From Octopus vulgaris (Eukaryota): DNA of 64,000 bases. This document shows, piece by piece, positions 14,346-28,453 of the stretch. Numbering within the stretch: position 1 is the first letter of the stretch; each line of letters opens with the position of its first letter. The position numbers and the translations under genes are program-made. Under the pieces are notes generated by a model. It worked only from the letters and a program-made list of their open reading frames with translations, was not told the origin of the DNA and made no database searches. The DNA lies in NCBI GenBank assembly GCA_951406725.2, contig OX597837.1:43710001-43774000 (forward strand). The letters are read 5' to 3'.

Positions 14346-14639
14346 GCATGTATGTATATAATGCACTTTTGTGCACGTGTCTTTGTTTAAGTAGCAATCT
14401 AGCATGAAGCTGAATGTGTGTATTTGTGTGAGTGAGAGTGCATGGCCTTCTAGAATAATAGATTTAATTGGTAGTCAGCAGATGAAATAGCAAATACCCA
14501 GGAGGTGAGGTTACCGGATCATACAATTTAAACCTTGAGTTCAGATATCTGAATAAATACGCGAAGTGTTTGACTATAGATAATGAATTTGCTGCGCCAT
14601 GAGACATTGGAAAATCAACTGTGAGACTAGACTGAGCCG

Positions 14640-14883
14640 AGAGTAAAATACAATGGAAGAGCAATGAAGAGAATTGGAGATAAGATGGAGGAGAGAAGGA
14701 GAGGATGAGAGGGAGAGAGTGGGGAGCAGATGGTGAGGGGGGGAGGGTGAAGAGGCAAAGGGAGGATAATGTGACAGAGAGGGAAAGAGAGAGAGAGAGT
14801 TAATATAAAGTATATATATAGTACAGATAGTGATATATAGATAGATAGAAATAGATAGAGGGATAGATAAAGAGAGGTGGAGC

Positions 14884-14950
<67 letters not shown>

Positions 14951-14980
14951 ATAGATATATAGATAGATATATATATAGAT

Positions 14981-15028
<48 letters not shown>

Positions 15029-15264
15029 AGAGAGGTAGAGAGAGATTGGTAAAAACGTAGTGAATGTGTGAAAAAAAGTGAGAGTGATATAAGGGACTGT
15101 GAGACAAGGAGGGAGAGAAGAAAGACAGATAAACGAGAGGAATAAAAGGGCGTGGTCGAGAGAGGGAGAGAAGGAGAGAGTGAAAATCTGGTGCCTATTC
15201 CATCGGAACCCTTTTGCCCAACCGCGAGAGTGAAAAAGAGAAGAACGGGGAACACATTGTGAAG

Positions 15265-15329
<65 letters not shown>

Positions 15330-15720
15330 TAGAAAGATAGATGGATAGATAGATAGATGGGGGAGAGAGAAAAAGAGGAAAATGAAGATAGGGTAATAGA
15401 GAGAGATAGAGGTAGATGTGGAAAGAGAAACGTGGAATCGTAGTTAATGTGTGTGTGAGAGAGGGAGTTAGAGATAAGGAAGAGTGAGACAGTGAGACAA
15501 AGCAGGAGAGGTGAAAGAGAGAAGGAAGAGGAAAGATTCAGTTGGTAATATTTTGTGTGCAAGAGACGGCGATAGAGAGAGAAAGAGAAGCGTGGAGAGA
15601 GGAAGGGAGGGAGAGAGAGAGGAGAGACGGGAAGAGAAGGGAAACTGTATTGGGATGGAAAGTTTATCAATGGAGACTTGAACAGAATAAACACAAGAAT
15701 GGAGAAGGACACAAGTTTAG
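14640..15720. repeat. Purine-rich (GA)n and (GATA)n tract
   Basis: (GATA)n runs at ~14885-15025 and ~15267-15330 within strand-biased A/G sequence. Confidence 0.9.
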
Positions 15721-15779
15721 TATATGGACAGATATATAAACAGAGGAGAGTATATATATATATACACACACACACACAG

Positions 15780-15811
<32 letters not shown>

Positions 15812-16159
15812 CACACACAAACACACACACACACACATACATATATATAGTATATAAATATATATGTGTATACATGCATATATATATATATATATTTATA
15901 TCGGTACAGACATGTGTACATACATAAATACATTTACGTGTGTGTGTATGAGTTTGTGTATGTGTGTGTGTGTTTGTGTGTGTGTGTGTGAATATATGAA
16001 TATATTATAGTTATGTTGTAGACATATAGAGAGCAGGAGAGTGAAAAGGCAAACATCGAGACACAGACAGGAAGGAAAAAAAGAAAAAAGGAAGAAAGAA
16101 TATGGTAGAAAATCAAATTGAATTATTTAAACTGAATTACTTGTGCATATCTGATACGT

Positions 16160-16205
<46 letters not shown>

Positions 16206-16403
16206 GGACACATATATATATATATATATGTATATACACATAAATATGTACATGTATATAAACATATATATATATTTATATATGTATGTATATATATACA
16301 TGTGTGAGTGTATAAATACATATATATATTTGTGTATATACATACTCACACACACACACAGACATATATATATATAATTTTTATGCATATATATATACGT
16401 ATT

Positions 16404-16435
<32 letters not shown>

Positions 16436-16565
16436 CAAATATATATATATATGCACATAAATATAAATATATATACATATAAATACGTACAATTATATGC
16501 GTGTGAGTACATATATATATATATATATATAAATAATAAAGAGAAAGTGATGCAGAAAGATGAAT

Positions 16566-16606
<41 letters not shown>

Positions 16607-16851
16607 TATATGAATATATATAAGTTTTTGTGTGTGTGTGTGCATATATATATATATACATACAGAGATATACGCGAGCAATAGAATATTCGCTTGATGT
16701 CGACGAGCAGCAAGCACTTCGTTGGTAGGTTTCATCCGATCATCTTTGGCGCCATCTCGATTACTTCTCCCGCCTAAACATGGACCCCTTCTTGACCTTT
16801 CTGTTATGGCAGACATGTTTCTTAATAGCCATCTCTCCCCCATCTTCTTCT

Positions 16852-16888
<37 letters not shown>

Positions 16889-17305
16889 ACTCTCCATCTC
16901 TATTTCTCCCTCTTTCTCTCTGTATCTTTTATAAGTCTGCGCAATCGTTACTTCAGCTTCACTTACAACAAAGTTACAATCTTTGAGAAAATTTCATTGT
17001 TTCTTTTTGCTATTTCTCTTGCACTTGCTCTACGTTTTTTTCTCTTTTTGTGAAGTTGGGTGTTATTGATATTGATGTTGTTGTTGTTGCTGTTCTTGTT
17101 GCTGTTGTTGCAGACATTGAAATTATTGTTATAGTTGATGATGATGTTCACATTCATACTTAACTTTTTCCAAGAATTCACGCGCATAGACGCACATAAA
17201 GATGTGACACACACACACACACACGTGTAGTTTGCGTTCTTGTCCCCTTTTGTACATTTTATATATAAGTTTTATACATATATATATATATAATATATAT
17301 ATATG

Positions 17306-17355
<50 letters not shown>

Positions 17356-17419
17356 AAATGAAATTGGTGGCTTAATAGCAATTTGAACCTATACATACAT
17401 ATATATATATATATATAAA

Positions 17420-17731
17420 TGAAGGTGAGTAATGCTATTTTGTTTAGTACAGGTATAATTACCAGCACAAGAACATGTATCATACATCAAAACGAAGCTG
17501 GTCCTCTGTGGGTTACATTCCTACTCCTCAACAGAGTCACCGTTTCTCTCATTTGCAGTGTTCCACCTTCGAATGAGAGCATGTATCGCTGCCCCGTAAA
17601 ATTCTGTTGACTGTACTTTGAGCCACTTCTTCACTACAGTTTTTTCACTTCCTCGTCACTGGAATAATTTAGCACCTTCAGACTATCATCTCTTCGGCCC
17701 CATGAAAGAGGGTTTGAGAAGCAAACATTAT
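17420..17731 (-). mobile_element. mariner (DD34D) transposase 3' relic with an inverted 63-bp piece
   Basis: Minus strand from 17668 downward reads YSSDEEVK/TVVKKWLKVQSTEFYGAAIHALIRRWNTANERNGDSVEE*. Plus strand 17669-17731 reads LAPSDYHLFGPMKEGLRSKHY, the canonical mariner motif. Confidence 0.85.
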
Positions 17732-18029
17732 ATGCTGTCGTAACGCTCCTCTGCCCTTCTTCGTAAATCAAAGAGAATGAGGATAACTGCGGATAGCTGC
17801 TTCGAAACCTACAGCTCTAATATCCAAATTATAAATTAACGTTTATACAAATAATAATTGTTGCATTTGAAAAGGCACAATCTGGATAAGCTGGGCTTTG
17901 AGATGAAGAATTCAACTAGTAAATGCAGTCTATAACAGTAAAAATATGCAACACTTTCTCAAGTCTAAAATGCGAATTCCAATCTGTTATCTATATTCCA
18001 CCGACGGGAGTGTCTATCTTTTTTAGAAA

Positions 18030-18365
18030 CCAAGGCTTGCCTTCCAACTACATTGTTTCGAGTTCAGTCCCACTACGAGGTACCTTAGACAAGTGTCTTG
18101 TACTATGACCTCGGACCAACCAAAACTTTGTGCTCGAATTTAGTAGAAGAAAACTGAAAGAAGGCCATCGTATGTGTGTAGATGTGTGTGTGGGTGTATA
18201 TCTTTGTGTCTGTGTTTAACTACCACTACCGCTCGACAACAGGAGTTGGCGTGTTTACGTTCCTCGTAACTGAACCGTTCGGCAAAAGGAGACCGATAGA
18301 ATCAGTACAAGTGGTCAATTCATTCCACTTAAAAATTCAGTCACAGTCTAATGACTGAAAGAAAC
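18030..18365 (+). mobile_element. SINE A, diverged
   Basis: gagttcagtcccactacgaggtaccttagacaagtgtctt...cgttcggcaaaaggagaccgatagaatcagtac...cagtctaatgactgaaa. Confidence 0.8.
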
Positions 18366-18681
18366 ATTAGTGAAAATGAAAGTACAAAAAGAAGACATAT
18401 TCAGATTGAATATATCTCTTCTGTTATCAATTTTTATTATATTGATATGTTCTTTCTTTAATTATTATAACAAATGAAAGAAAAAAAGGGTTGAACACGT
18501 ATTGTGGAAATTAAATATAGGTATTAACTCAGTAATGCGGAACTGAGTCAAGCTGTTAATGCATTACACACACACACGCACGCGAACATACACAGACACA
18601 CGTACACGAACACACACACACCCAATCACAGACACTTGCACACATACACACATATATATACATATATGTATATATACATAT

Positions 18682-18724
<43 letters not shown>

Positions 18725-18749
18725 TTATATATATATATGTATAAAAACA

Positions 18750-18787
<38 letters not shown>

Positions 18788-18789
18788 CG

Positions 18790-18821
<32 letters not shown>

Positions 18822-18911
18822 CGTATATATATATACAGATACACACAGAGACACACGCACACGAACATACACACACCCAAACACAGACACTTGCACACAT
18901 ACACAGGCACA

Positions 18912-18965
<54 letters not shown>

Positions 18966-19188
18966 CTTATGTATATATGCATACATGCATGTATATACTT
19001 GTACATATAATATATACATATAAATATATATATATACATGCAAATATATATATATATATATATATATATTATGTATATATGCATACATGCATGTATATAC
19101 TTGTACATATAATATATACATATAAATATATATATATACATGCAAATATATATATATATATATATAAATATACTTATTTACATATATA

Positions 19189-19234
<46 letters not shown>

Positions 19235-19732
19235 TATGTACGTATGTATGCATATGTTTGAATGTATACATATATATTTACGCCTAAGTAAGTCTGTGCT
19301 TATATAATTAGACCCGGCTTACATTACGCGAAAGTTATATTATTTTCGTGATAAAAAAAAAAAAATTACTGTATTATCTGAAAAGCAAAATTGAAAGTTA
19401 CTAACGAGAATTTCACATTCATTGTAATAAAGGCACTTAAATACACCTAAAGTTACACAAATGGAATGGCTTCCATATGTTCGTTCAGTACGAAATATAT
19501 TCATTAAATAGAGAATTTTTAAAAGCTAATTCGGTATTGTACGACGAGTAGATTTAAAGTTAAGTGCCTTTTTAAATAAAATTCCTGAGGAATACTAACA
19601 TTAGAATATTTATTTATGCCGAAATAAATGTATTTTTGTACTTATCATCAACCAAACGCAGATTTTTTTTTTTCATTTTCTTATGTTCGTGAAGATGATG
19701 GAGACTTGCATAGCACATATGTACATAAGCGG

Positions 19733-19791
<59 letters not shown>

Positions 19792-19890
19792 GCAGCGCAT
19801 TCATTTGGGGTCGTGACATTTCTCCAAACACATATGCAATTTTATATACAGAAACACGCATATACGTGAATTTATGCGTGCTTGTACATG

Positions 19891-20012
<122 letters not shown>

Positions 20013-20023
20013 CATATATATAG

Positions 20024-20057
<34 letters not shown>

Positions 20058-20070
20058 ATATTTGTGTATA

Positions 20071-20111
<41 letters not shown>

Positions 20112-20117
<6 letters not shown>

Positions 20118-20361
20118 ATCGCCAAGCTATGGCAGTCTAGAAATACACGACGAATGCTGCCGTTGATTGGCTCCAAGAGGCCATCGCCTCTAGCTAGCTA
20201 TGTGACACACGAACCTGTGTTCATTGCAACCTTCGAACAGGGCAGGTCAGCCGCTTCCCCTTGCTAGACAGGCATCTGTAGACTTGTTTCAGGGTATTTG
20301 ATCCTTATCGATGCCGAGCAACCGAACCCAGCCGGCGTCGCTACAAACCGTCTGTTCGAAG

Positions 20362-20364
<3 letters not shown>
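20112..20364 (-). mobile_element. Unclassified GC-rich cassette inserted in (TA)n, probably a retroelement 3' UTR
   Basis: About 250 bp of complex sequence flanked on both sides by (TA)n. The minus strand ends in aacaaca and the cassette has internal inverted repeats. Confidence 0.45.
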
Positions 20365-20397
<33 letters not shown>

Positions 20398-20401
<4 letters not shown>

Positions 20402-20618
20402 TTTTAATTGTTTCAGACATTTGACTGAGGCGATGCTGGAGCACCGCCTTAAAATCTATTTTGGTGGAAAGAATCGATCCAAGGACTTATTCTTTGTAAG
20501 CCTAGTACTTATTCCGTCGGCCTCTTTTGCTGAACTGTTAAGTTTCAGGGACGCAAACACACCAACATCTCTTGTCAAGTTACGGTGAATGACAAACATA
20601 GACACAAAGACACGCACA
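20398..20618 (-). mobile_element. SINE A 3' half
   Basis: tgtttcagacatttgactgaggcgatgctggagcaccgcc..ggacttattctttgtaagcctagtacttatt..gacaaacatagacac. Confidence 0.9.
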
Positions 20619-20631
20619 TAATAATATATAC

Positions 20632-20664
<33 letters not shown>

Positions 20665-20843
20665 TGTATGTATGTATGTATGTATGTATGCGCGCATGTG
20701 TGTGTGTGTGTGTCGATATAGATAGATAGATAGATAGATTGATAAACAGATAAGCAGAGAGACAGATAGATAGATAAACAGACAGGCATAAAGAAAGATA
20801 GATAAATAGATAGATACACAGATAGACAGGCAGACAGACAGGC

Positions 20844-20888
<45 letters not shown>

Positions 20889-21896
20889 TATAGATAGATA
20901 GATTGATTGGTAGATAGATTGATAGACATATATACAATCATTCATACATAAATAAATATACACATATAAACATACATATCTAAATATATATATTTATATG
21001 TAGGTATAAATTTGTGTGCGTATGCGTGTGCGTGTGTGTGTGCGTGTGCATGTGTGTGTGAATGTATGTGTGCGTGCATGTATTAGTATGTATTTCCATA
21101 ACTGTTCGATAAACTAGATGACATGTAATCCCTTCGAGATACGCATTATTTTATTTATTTTATTATTATTATCATTTTTTTTTGTTTTGTTTTTTTCCCT
21201 TTCTTCTCTTCCCAAGAATCGGCTAAAGCTGTATTAATACGGAAAGACATGGCTTCGGAGTTGGCATATCCCCGATTAATTCGCCCACAATCACGCAAAC
21301 CTGTAATTCATGGGTTTAACACTTGCACCTCATTTTTCAAAGCTTCTATATAACTTCTAAAGCGCATAGACGTGATGGCTAAAAATATGAAATCCTCAAC
21401 AATTTTGTTTGAAGGAACTAGAAGCTGACCAATACGAACATGAGACTTTATGAAGATAACGGTGTAATGTTATTTGGACTCGTAGTGGTGGACACAGCCG
21501 ACACTGCGAAGTAAATCATCTCATATCCTACGAAAATTTTAACTTTAAAGTTATGGAACCGTATTTCAGGTACATCGAGAATAATTTAAGCGTAATCTCT
21601 GCCGGATTCTCGGGAAAGTAGTCATAAACAATACACCCAGAAAAAGAAGATAAATACTATAAATACACAACTGATAAAATTGCAGCTTTGTAATCAAGTG
21701 GGTTTATGGATCATTGTTAATGATGTCCGCCATAGCTGTTTTTCACTTTTGTATTTAATCAAGAGAGGAAAAAACGATTTTGCGATAAAACGAACGTTTG
21801 ATGAAAGCAGCACTTCGTCTTGTAAACAAACAAGCCTAGACTCTTTGTGCAATCTTGGAGATTGTGAGTGATATATATTCTTCAGACGAAGAGGGT

Positions 21897-21986
21897 AATT
21901 CACATTGCCCTCTTCAATTCACATTTCCCTCTTCAATTCACATTGCCCCCTCCAATTCACATTGCCCTTACTCAGGCAATGTGAAT
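21897..21986. repeat. 19-bp minisatellite (aattcacattgccctcttc x ~3.8) plus an inverted partial unit
   Basis: Units start at 21897, 21916, 21935 and 21954; ggcaatgtgaat at 21975-21986 is the reverse complement of attcacattgcc. Confidence 0.85.
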
Positions 21987-22173
21987 GATGCGATTGGTGT
22001 AATCGAATACGATTGTTGAGGGACAGGCCTATCAATCTTATTACCCTGATTTTTATTTATATATTTATTTTCTGATTATGTCCATTAGTTTAACTGCAAT
22101 GAACAAATATGGTACTCCAGAGAAAAGTTTTGTGATTCTGTCTATGAACCGTTACTCATGAGCTGTTTAAGCA

Positions 22174-22589
22174 ACTCTTTTACTCTTTTACTTGTTTCAG
22201 TCATTTGACTGCGGCCATTTTGGAGCACCGCCTTTAGTCGAACAAATCGACTCCAGGACTTATTCTTTTTAAGCCTAGTATTTATTCTATCGGTGTCTTT
22301 TTGCCGAACCGCTAAGTTATGGGACGTAAACACAGCCGTATCTGTTGTCAAGCGATGTTAGGGGGACAAACACCGACACGCAATCATATACACACACATA
22401 CATATACACACACATACATATATACGACGGGCATCTTTCAGTTTCCGTCTACCAAATCCACTCACAAGACTTTGGTCGGCCCGAGGCTATAGAAGAAGAC
22501 ACTTGCCCGAGGTGCCACGCAGTGGGACTGAACCCGGGACCATGTGGTTGGTAAGCAAGCTACTTACCACACAGTCACTCCTGCACCTA
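22174..22589 (-). mobile_element. SINE A, full length
   Basis: High identity to the copies at 28818, 32807, 43681 and 48520; A box tgactgtgtgg, B box ggttcagtccc, (agtaaaag)n tail. Confidence 0.95.
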
Positions 22590-23125
22590 TATTTATTTTT
22601 GTTTCTCAAGAGACCAAGTGGAGAGTAATGTTACACACTAAGACCCAAGTCTGAGAGTGTAAAAAATAATCATTATTTGGTTCAACCCACCTTTCATTTT
22701 CATTGATACAATAATTTTTTTTTTCCTGAATCAGCAAATAATTACACAGTGACTGCAAATTTCGCAAATTATTCAAAAGACATAATACAAAAGTGTCTTC
22801 TACTATGATGGCCACATTTGATCACATAATTACAGAATCATTCCATAATTCAGATATCCCAGCTACTAAGCACCGAACACAACATATTCAGACAGAAGAA
22901 TCACTTTATGTTCATATATACTCATACATACACGGATACTTTTATATCTATTCACGCGCGTATTCTGTATGCGAAATATAATGCAACGCACATATTGTAT
23001 GATATATATATATATATTATTATATACCATTATATGTAATATTATTCATTACATTCAATAAATACAATATTATATCATATATTATATTATTTATATCATA
23101 TTATATATGTGCGTGCGTGTGAATG

Positions 23126-23318
<193 letters not shown>

Positions 23319-24364
23319 ACATATATATATATATATATATATAGAAAGAGAGAGAGGGGGTTTGATAAATATGTATAATATATACATATGTGTGTGTGTG
23401 TGAGTGTGTGTGTATGTATCTATAAGTCTGCGTCTGTGTGTATGCGTGTAAATATATATGCATGTGAGTGTATACTTATGGAAATATGCATTCGTATATA
23501 AATAGCGTAGAACGCATTAGCGGAGAGGAGATATAAACAGGATGCAGTATTCATTTGGGACCTTATAAACCTATAATTTCAAGTTTGGTAACAATAATAT
23601 GGAATTAGACGAAATCAAAATAACGCGAAAGCGAAGACGCAGTTCACACCAGGTTGTTTACGGTGTCATTAAAGAAGATTTCGGTGGAAAACTGTCGATA
23701 GATATATGAAGCGATTCAGCGGGCAGAAACATTTGCCGACTTTAATAACAGATCTGTGAAAAGCATCTATTTTGGAAACGCTGATTGGCAAACTATGGCG
23801 ATGTATTTCTGTAATTCTCAAGAACGATAATAGGATAGGATTGTGAAATTTATAAAGAAAAGAAACGTTCGCTCGCGCTAAAGATTATAGCGAGTCATTA
23901 TGATCAATGACACTAACGAACTAACGAGCTTCAGATGTATTTCGATGTCGTCTTGTTTCTGGATGTAAAGATTTTCAACAAATGTGATGACACACAGAGG
24001 CGCACGTACACATTCTCATACACACACAAATAAGAATATGCTTGCATATATATATATACATACATACATACACGCTTATATATAAGTGTACATATGTATG
24101 TGTATACACATACATAAATATATATACCTATGTATATATATATTTATATATATACATATATATATATATGTATGTAATATATGTATGCACAAGGAGATAC
24201 ACATGCACGCACAGCACACACAAACACACGCACCTACACACACATTTATATTTACATTTATATATATAACTAAGGCATATACGTAAATATTTATAGGCAT
24301 ATATGAAAATATAATCATACATATACACACGTACACACACACATATATATATATATATGTATAT

Positions 24365-24412
<48 letters not shown>

Positions 24413-24495
24413 GGTGTTTTGTGTACATATATGTGTTTGTATATATAAATATATATAGACATGTACATGTATATCACTATATATCTATCTATCTA

Positions 24496-24543
<48 letters not shown>

Positions 24544-25053
24544 CACGCACACAGAGGGCAGGAATAAAGAAAGAGAAAGAAAGATCTATAAATATATAAA
24601 TATACATGTATATGTATATAAACACATTCATAAATATTTTCGAATACACTTCGAAACCTAAAGAAGATGACATGCAAATAAACACAGAGTTATTGATAAA
24701 CGAAGAAGTAATGAGGTAGAAAATGAAAACTTAGAAAACATATTCATAGTAACAAATTCGTATTCGCTTTGTATGCACTCCATACACAGATATCCACAAA
24801 TAAGTATATGCGTATTTGCGTTTATATGTAAATGTAATGAATATCCAACCTCAGGGAAGGTTATGATGGTCATAAGGTATATACTAATGCCCAAAGAGTG
24901 GAATGAACAGCTAATCACATAATTACCGTTATACATATGACAAATTAATAAATATTCATAAATTTTCATAAAAGAGTTTTTAACGTGAAACAGCTTATCA
25001 AGAGTTGTGTCAGTATATGTAAATCTATATCTATGAAGCTCTGTAAGCATCTA

Positions 25054-25091
<38 letters not shown>

Positions 25092-25149
25092 CTCTCTCTA
25101 TATCTATCTATCTATCGATCGATCTATCTATCTATATATCTATCTACTA

Positions 25150-25288
<139 letters not shown>

Positions 25289-25436
25289 TAAATATAATAT
25301 GACCATTCCGAAATATAACAATATATATATATATATATACATGAGTGTGTGTGTGCATGTAGACACATGTATATGTGTATATACACATATATATATACAT
25401 AATTATATTTACATACACATTTACACACACACACAC

Positions 25437-25497
<61 letters not shown>

Positions 25498-26164
25498 AAT
25501 ATGTATATACAATATTAATAATACTTCATAACTGTGTGTATATTCATAATTCTTCATAGCCTGACATCTACTCTACTCTACTCCTAATGGGTTAATTCTC
25601 CAACCCATCTTCTCTCTATCACTTCTTTTAGCTTTATTATTCACACATTATTCTAATTATTTCATATTTTCTTATATTATCCACCTAGCGTTGAGGATGC
25701 ATTTAATGCGATGCATTTCCTGTCTAGAATGAAGCAGATTACACCAAATTAGCGCTATAGTATTATCTCTGAGCGTGTATAAATATATATTATATATATA
25801 TGTGTGTATAATATGTATATACTCGTATATGTATTCCATAATGGTGTTATTGTAGTGGATGAACTATACCTTATGAGATGCTATAACCACGAACTCTGCC
25901 TATAATGACAATTACATAAGCTGTTCCACGTATAACGTGAAAGATGAAAGAAATAACAAGATTACGTCAGTAATTCAAACCACGAAAAACCAAAAAAATA
26001 GCATGTGTGTATTTGTGAGTGAGTGTGTGCGTGTGTGTGAGTGTGTGTAGCTATATATGTGTACATAAATAAATATATAATATGTATACATACATACATA
26101 TATATATATATCTATATAAATATGTATTTACATATGTGTGTATATATGCATGCATATGTATATT

Positions 26165-26207
<43 letters not shown>

Positions 26208-26244
26208 ATATATATATATATACATATACACACACATGTGTATG

Positions 26245-26295
<51 letters not shown>

Positions 26296-26469
26296 ACATG
26301 TTTTTATTGCTATGAAATATATATTTCTGGAGATCTATCGGAAAAGGACTGAGTATAAATGTATATTTTATAAGGTTATTAATCATTTCATTATTAGTGA
26401 CTTCGAAGTTCTATTTTTAGTTGTTCAACTAACAGCAAAAATTGTAAGTTTACGAATATATTCTATCGC

Positions 26470-26722
26470 CTGTGGGAAGGCGGGGGCTAAATTGTTACCA
26501 CTGACCACTGTGCGATATTTTCCATGTTTTTCTTCGATATTTTTTTATTTCAGTTCTTCGTTTCGTCCGTATTCCCGTCCCGTGTTCATCCGCAAAGTTT
26601 GATTATTGACTGTCATTCTTCCGTGGTCGATCAAATTAGTACCATCTAAGCACTAGTGTTGATGAAATCAATTTACATCTCCTACGAAATTGCTGGCTTT
26701 GTGCCAAAATTTAAAATCAGTA
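26470..26722 (+). mobile_element. Old SINE B-related copy with an alternative tail
   Basis: tcattcttccgtggtcgatcaaattagtacca...gcactagtgttgatgaaatcaat, followed by aaattgctggctttgtgccaaaattt. Confidence 0.5.
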
Positions 26723-27252
26723 TTTAAATATACTTAGCGATAAATATTCTCTATGTACTTTCCATATTCTAAATCTGATAAATGGCTGCTTTCAAGATAA
26801 AACAACACTGTGCTAATGACGCATGAAACAGTAAAACGTGTTCACGCTTATCTATTCCTTATTATCCTATATATTCAGGGGATTTGTTGTTGATTGCTTC
26901 AGACTATCAGCCCTTTTTAGTCGGAGACTTTTTAGCTGCCTCTCGGCATTTGCAGATATTACGTGAAGGTTGTGTGTTTCGATGTATCAGGATTTTATTT
27001 TTTGCATTTTGTTTTCCAGAATTCTTTTCCATGTTTCCGTTGTCCAAATTCATGTCGCAAATCACTAGGGCGTTAATTCAGCTTGTACAAATAGACATAA
27101 ACATAGACATGCATATACCTGAAAATACATGCATTCATACACACATATCGTGACACACAACATATACATATACACAGAGATATCTATATAAATGTATTTA
27201 CAACCATCCATACATATATCTGTATGAATGCACACCCAGCATTCATATATAT

Positions 27253-27420
27253 TTCTTTACTACCTACAAGAGGCTAAACACAGAGGGGACAAACAAGGAC
27301 AGACAAAGGGATTAAGTCGATTGCATGGACCCCAGTGCGTAACTGGTACTTAATTTATCGACCTCGAATGGATGAAAGGCAAAGTCGACCTCGGCGGAAT
27401 TTGAACTCGGAACGTAACGA
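27253..27420 (-). mobile_element. SINE B, 5'-truncated, with an imperfect 16-bp TSD
   Basis: Matches the 47659 copy; flanked by cagcattcatatatat (27237) and cagcattcgtatacat (27421). Confidence 0.9.
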
Positions 27421-27437
27421 CAGCATTCGTATACATA

Positions 27438-28008
27438 TATGCGAGAAACTTTATATGATATTGATTCATTAACCAGATTCCTTGAAGAAAATGTCCCGAG
27501 ACTTTCGCCAGACCAACAAATTGCATATATATAACGATCATTGGCCAAATGATACATAAAAGACGAGGATCATATTTTTTAGACGCACCAGGAGGAAATG
27601 GAAAAAAAAACTTTTGTAACAAATTTTGTGCCAACCAAAGTCCAGCAGAAAAAAAGAAATAACCTTAACTGTAGCGAGCTCTGGAATTGCTGTGACTTTA
27701 CTCCCAGGAGGTCGAACAGCTCACGCTGCATGCAAGCTGCCATTCAATCTAACTTCAAATGAAGAAAATGTGGGAAATATCAGTAAAAGTTCTTCTTTAG
27801 CTTAAGTTCTCACGAAATGTTCTTTGATCGTAAGGGACGAAACTACAATATCCCCTAAACAATCAGCAGAAGCTGTTTACAGTTGTTTGATGCGAGGTGT
27901 GACAGAAGTATTTTCAAGTGATTTCAGACAAACTTTGCCAGTGATTCCCAGGGAAACAAAATCGGATGAATTAAAAGCATGCTTGAAATCTTCTATTTTA
28001 TTATAAAT
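27438..28008 (+). mobile_element. Helitron RepHel PIF1-type helicase fragment (pseudogenised)
   Basis: Translates FLDAPGGNGK (Walker A), VASSGIAVTLLPGGRTAH, LIVRDET and SDFRQTLPVIPR..DELKACLKSS, with a stop and frameshifts. Confidence 0.92.
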
Positions 28009-28014
28009 ATATAT

Positions 28015-28450
28015 GAAAGTGTTAAATGCTATATGTCATCGTTGAATGCTATTTCCCTCTCAGGAAATCTCAATTCTGCTCGAAATTTCTAGTCTTCTAC
28101 TAAATCATTCTTATATTTGTTCCATTACGCAAATGGATGATTTCACGATTCAGGAGAAGAATTTCTCTCAAAGAAGTAGGTGTACGTGACACGGAAGCCT
28201 CAGCCACTGATTGTTATCTACCAAATTTAAGGCTAAACAGGCTTCGGTATAAGTACGAACAATTTGACCATCAATCGTTCTTAGGAAGGAGAAGGAAGTC
28301 GCTCCGCTTGTTTCATGAAGAAGAAGCCTCAAAAAGAAACATTCACGGTGACTCGGATGCACGGAGAAAACTTCTCCTATTGTCGAGTCAAATGATTTTA
28401 TACTTGGATGACTCTCAACCTCAAATCCTCTTTTTCTTATAAAGTGATAG
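28015..28450 (-). mobile_element. Helitron RepHel Rep-helicase linker fragment, opposite orientation to the helicase piece
   Basis: ORF 28168-28482 reads TIGEVFSVHPSHRECFFLRLLLHETSGATSFSFLRTIDGQIVRTYTEACLALNLVDNNQW, the classic Helitron IGR.Y.V.P..E.YLRLLL..GP.SF..LRT..G..T..EAC..LGL motif. Confidence 0.92.
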
Positions 28451-28453
28451 AGG

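Noticed and set aside
17770-18000. Further hammerhead-like words (gaagcagctatc; tgaagaattc...gaattc)
   Set aside because: Too many core mismatches and no consistent stem I.
20300-20345. HDV-like ribozyme suggested by gccggctggg on the minus strand
   Set aside because: I could not build P1, P2, P3/L3 or the J4/2 strand around it.
21217-21302. Possible plus-strand exon after a polypyrimidine tract and AG (ESAKAVLIRKDMASELAYPRL...)
   Set aside because: Weak donor, no recognisable protein, and T-rich tracts are common here.
21897-21986. CRISPR-like direct repeats
   Set aside because: The units are contiguous with no spacers, there are no cas genes, and the context is eukaryotic.
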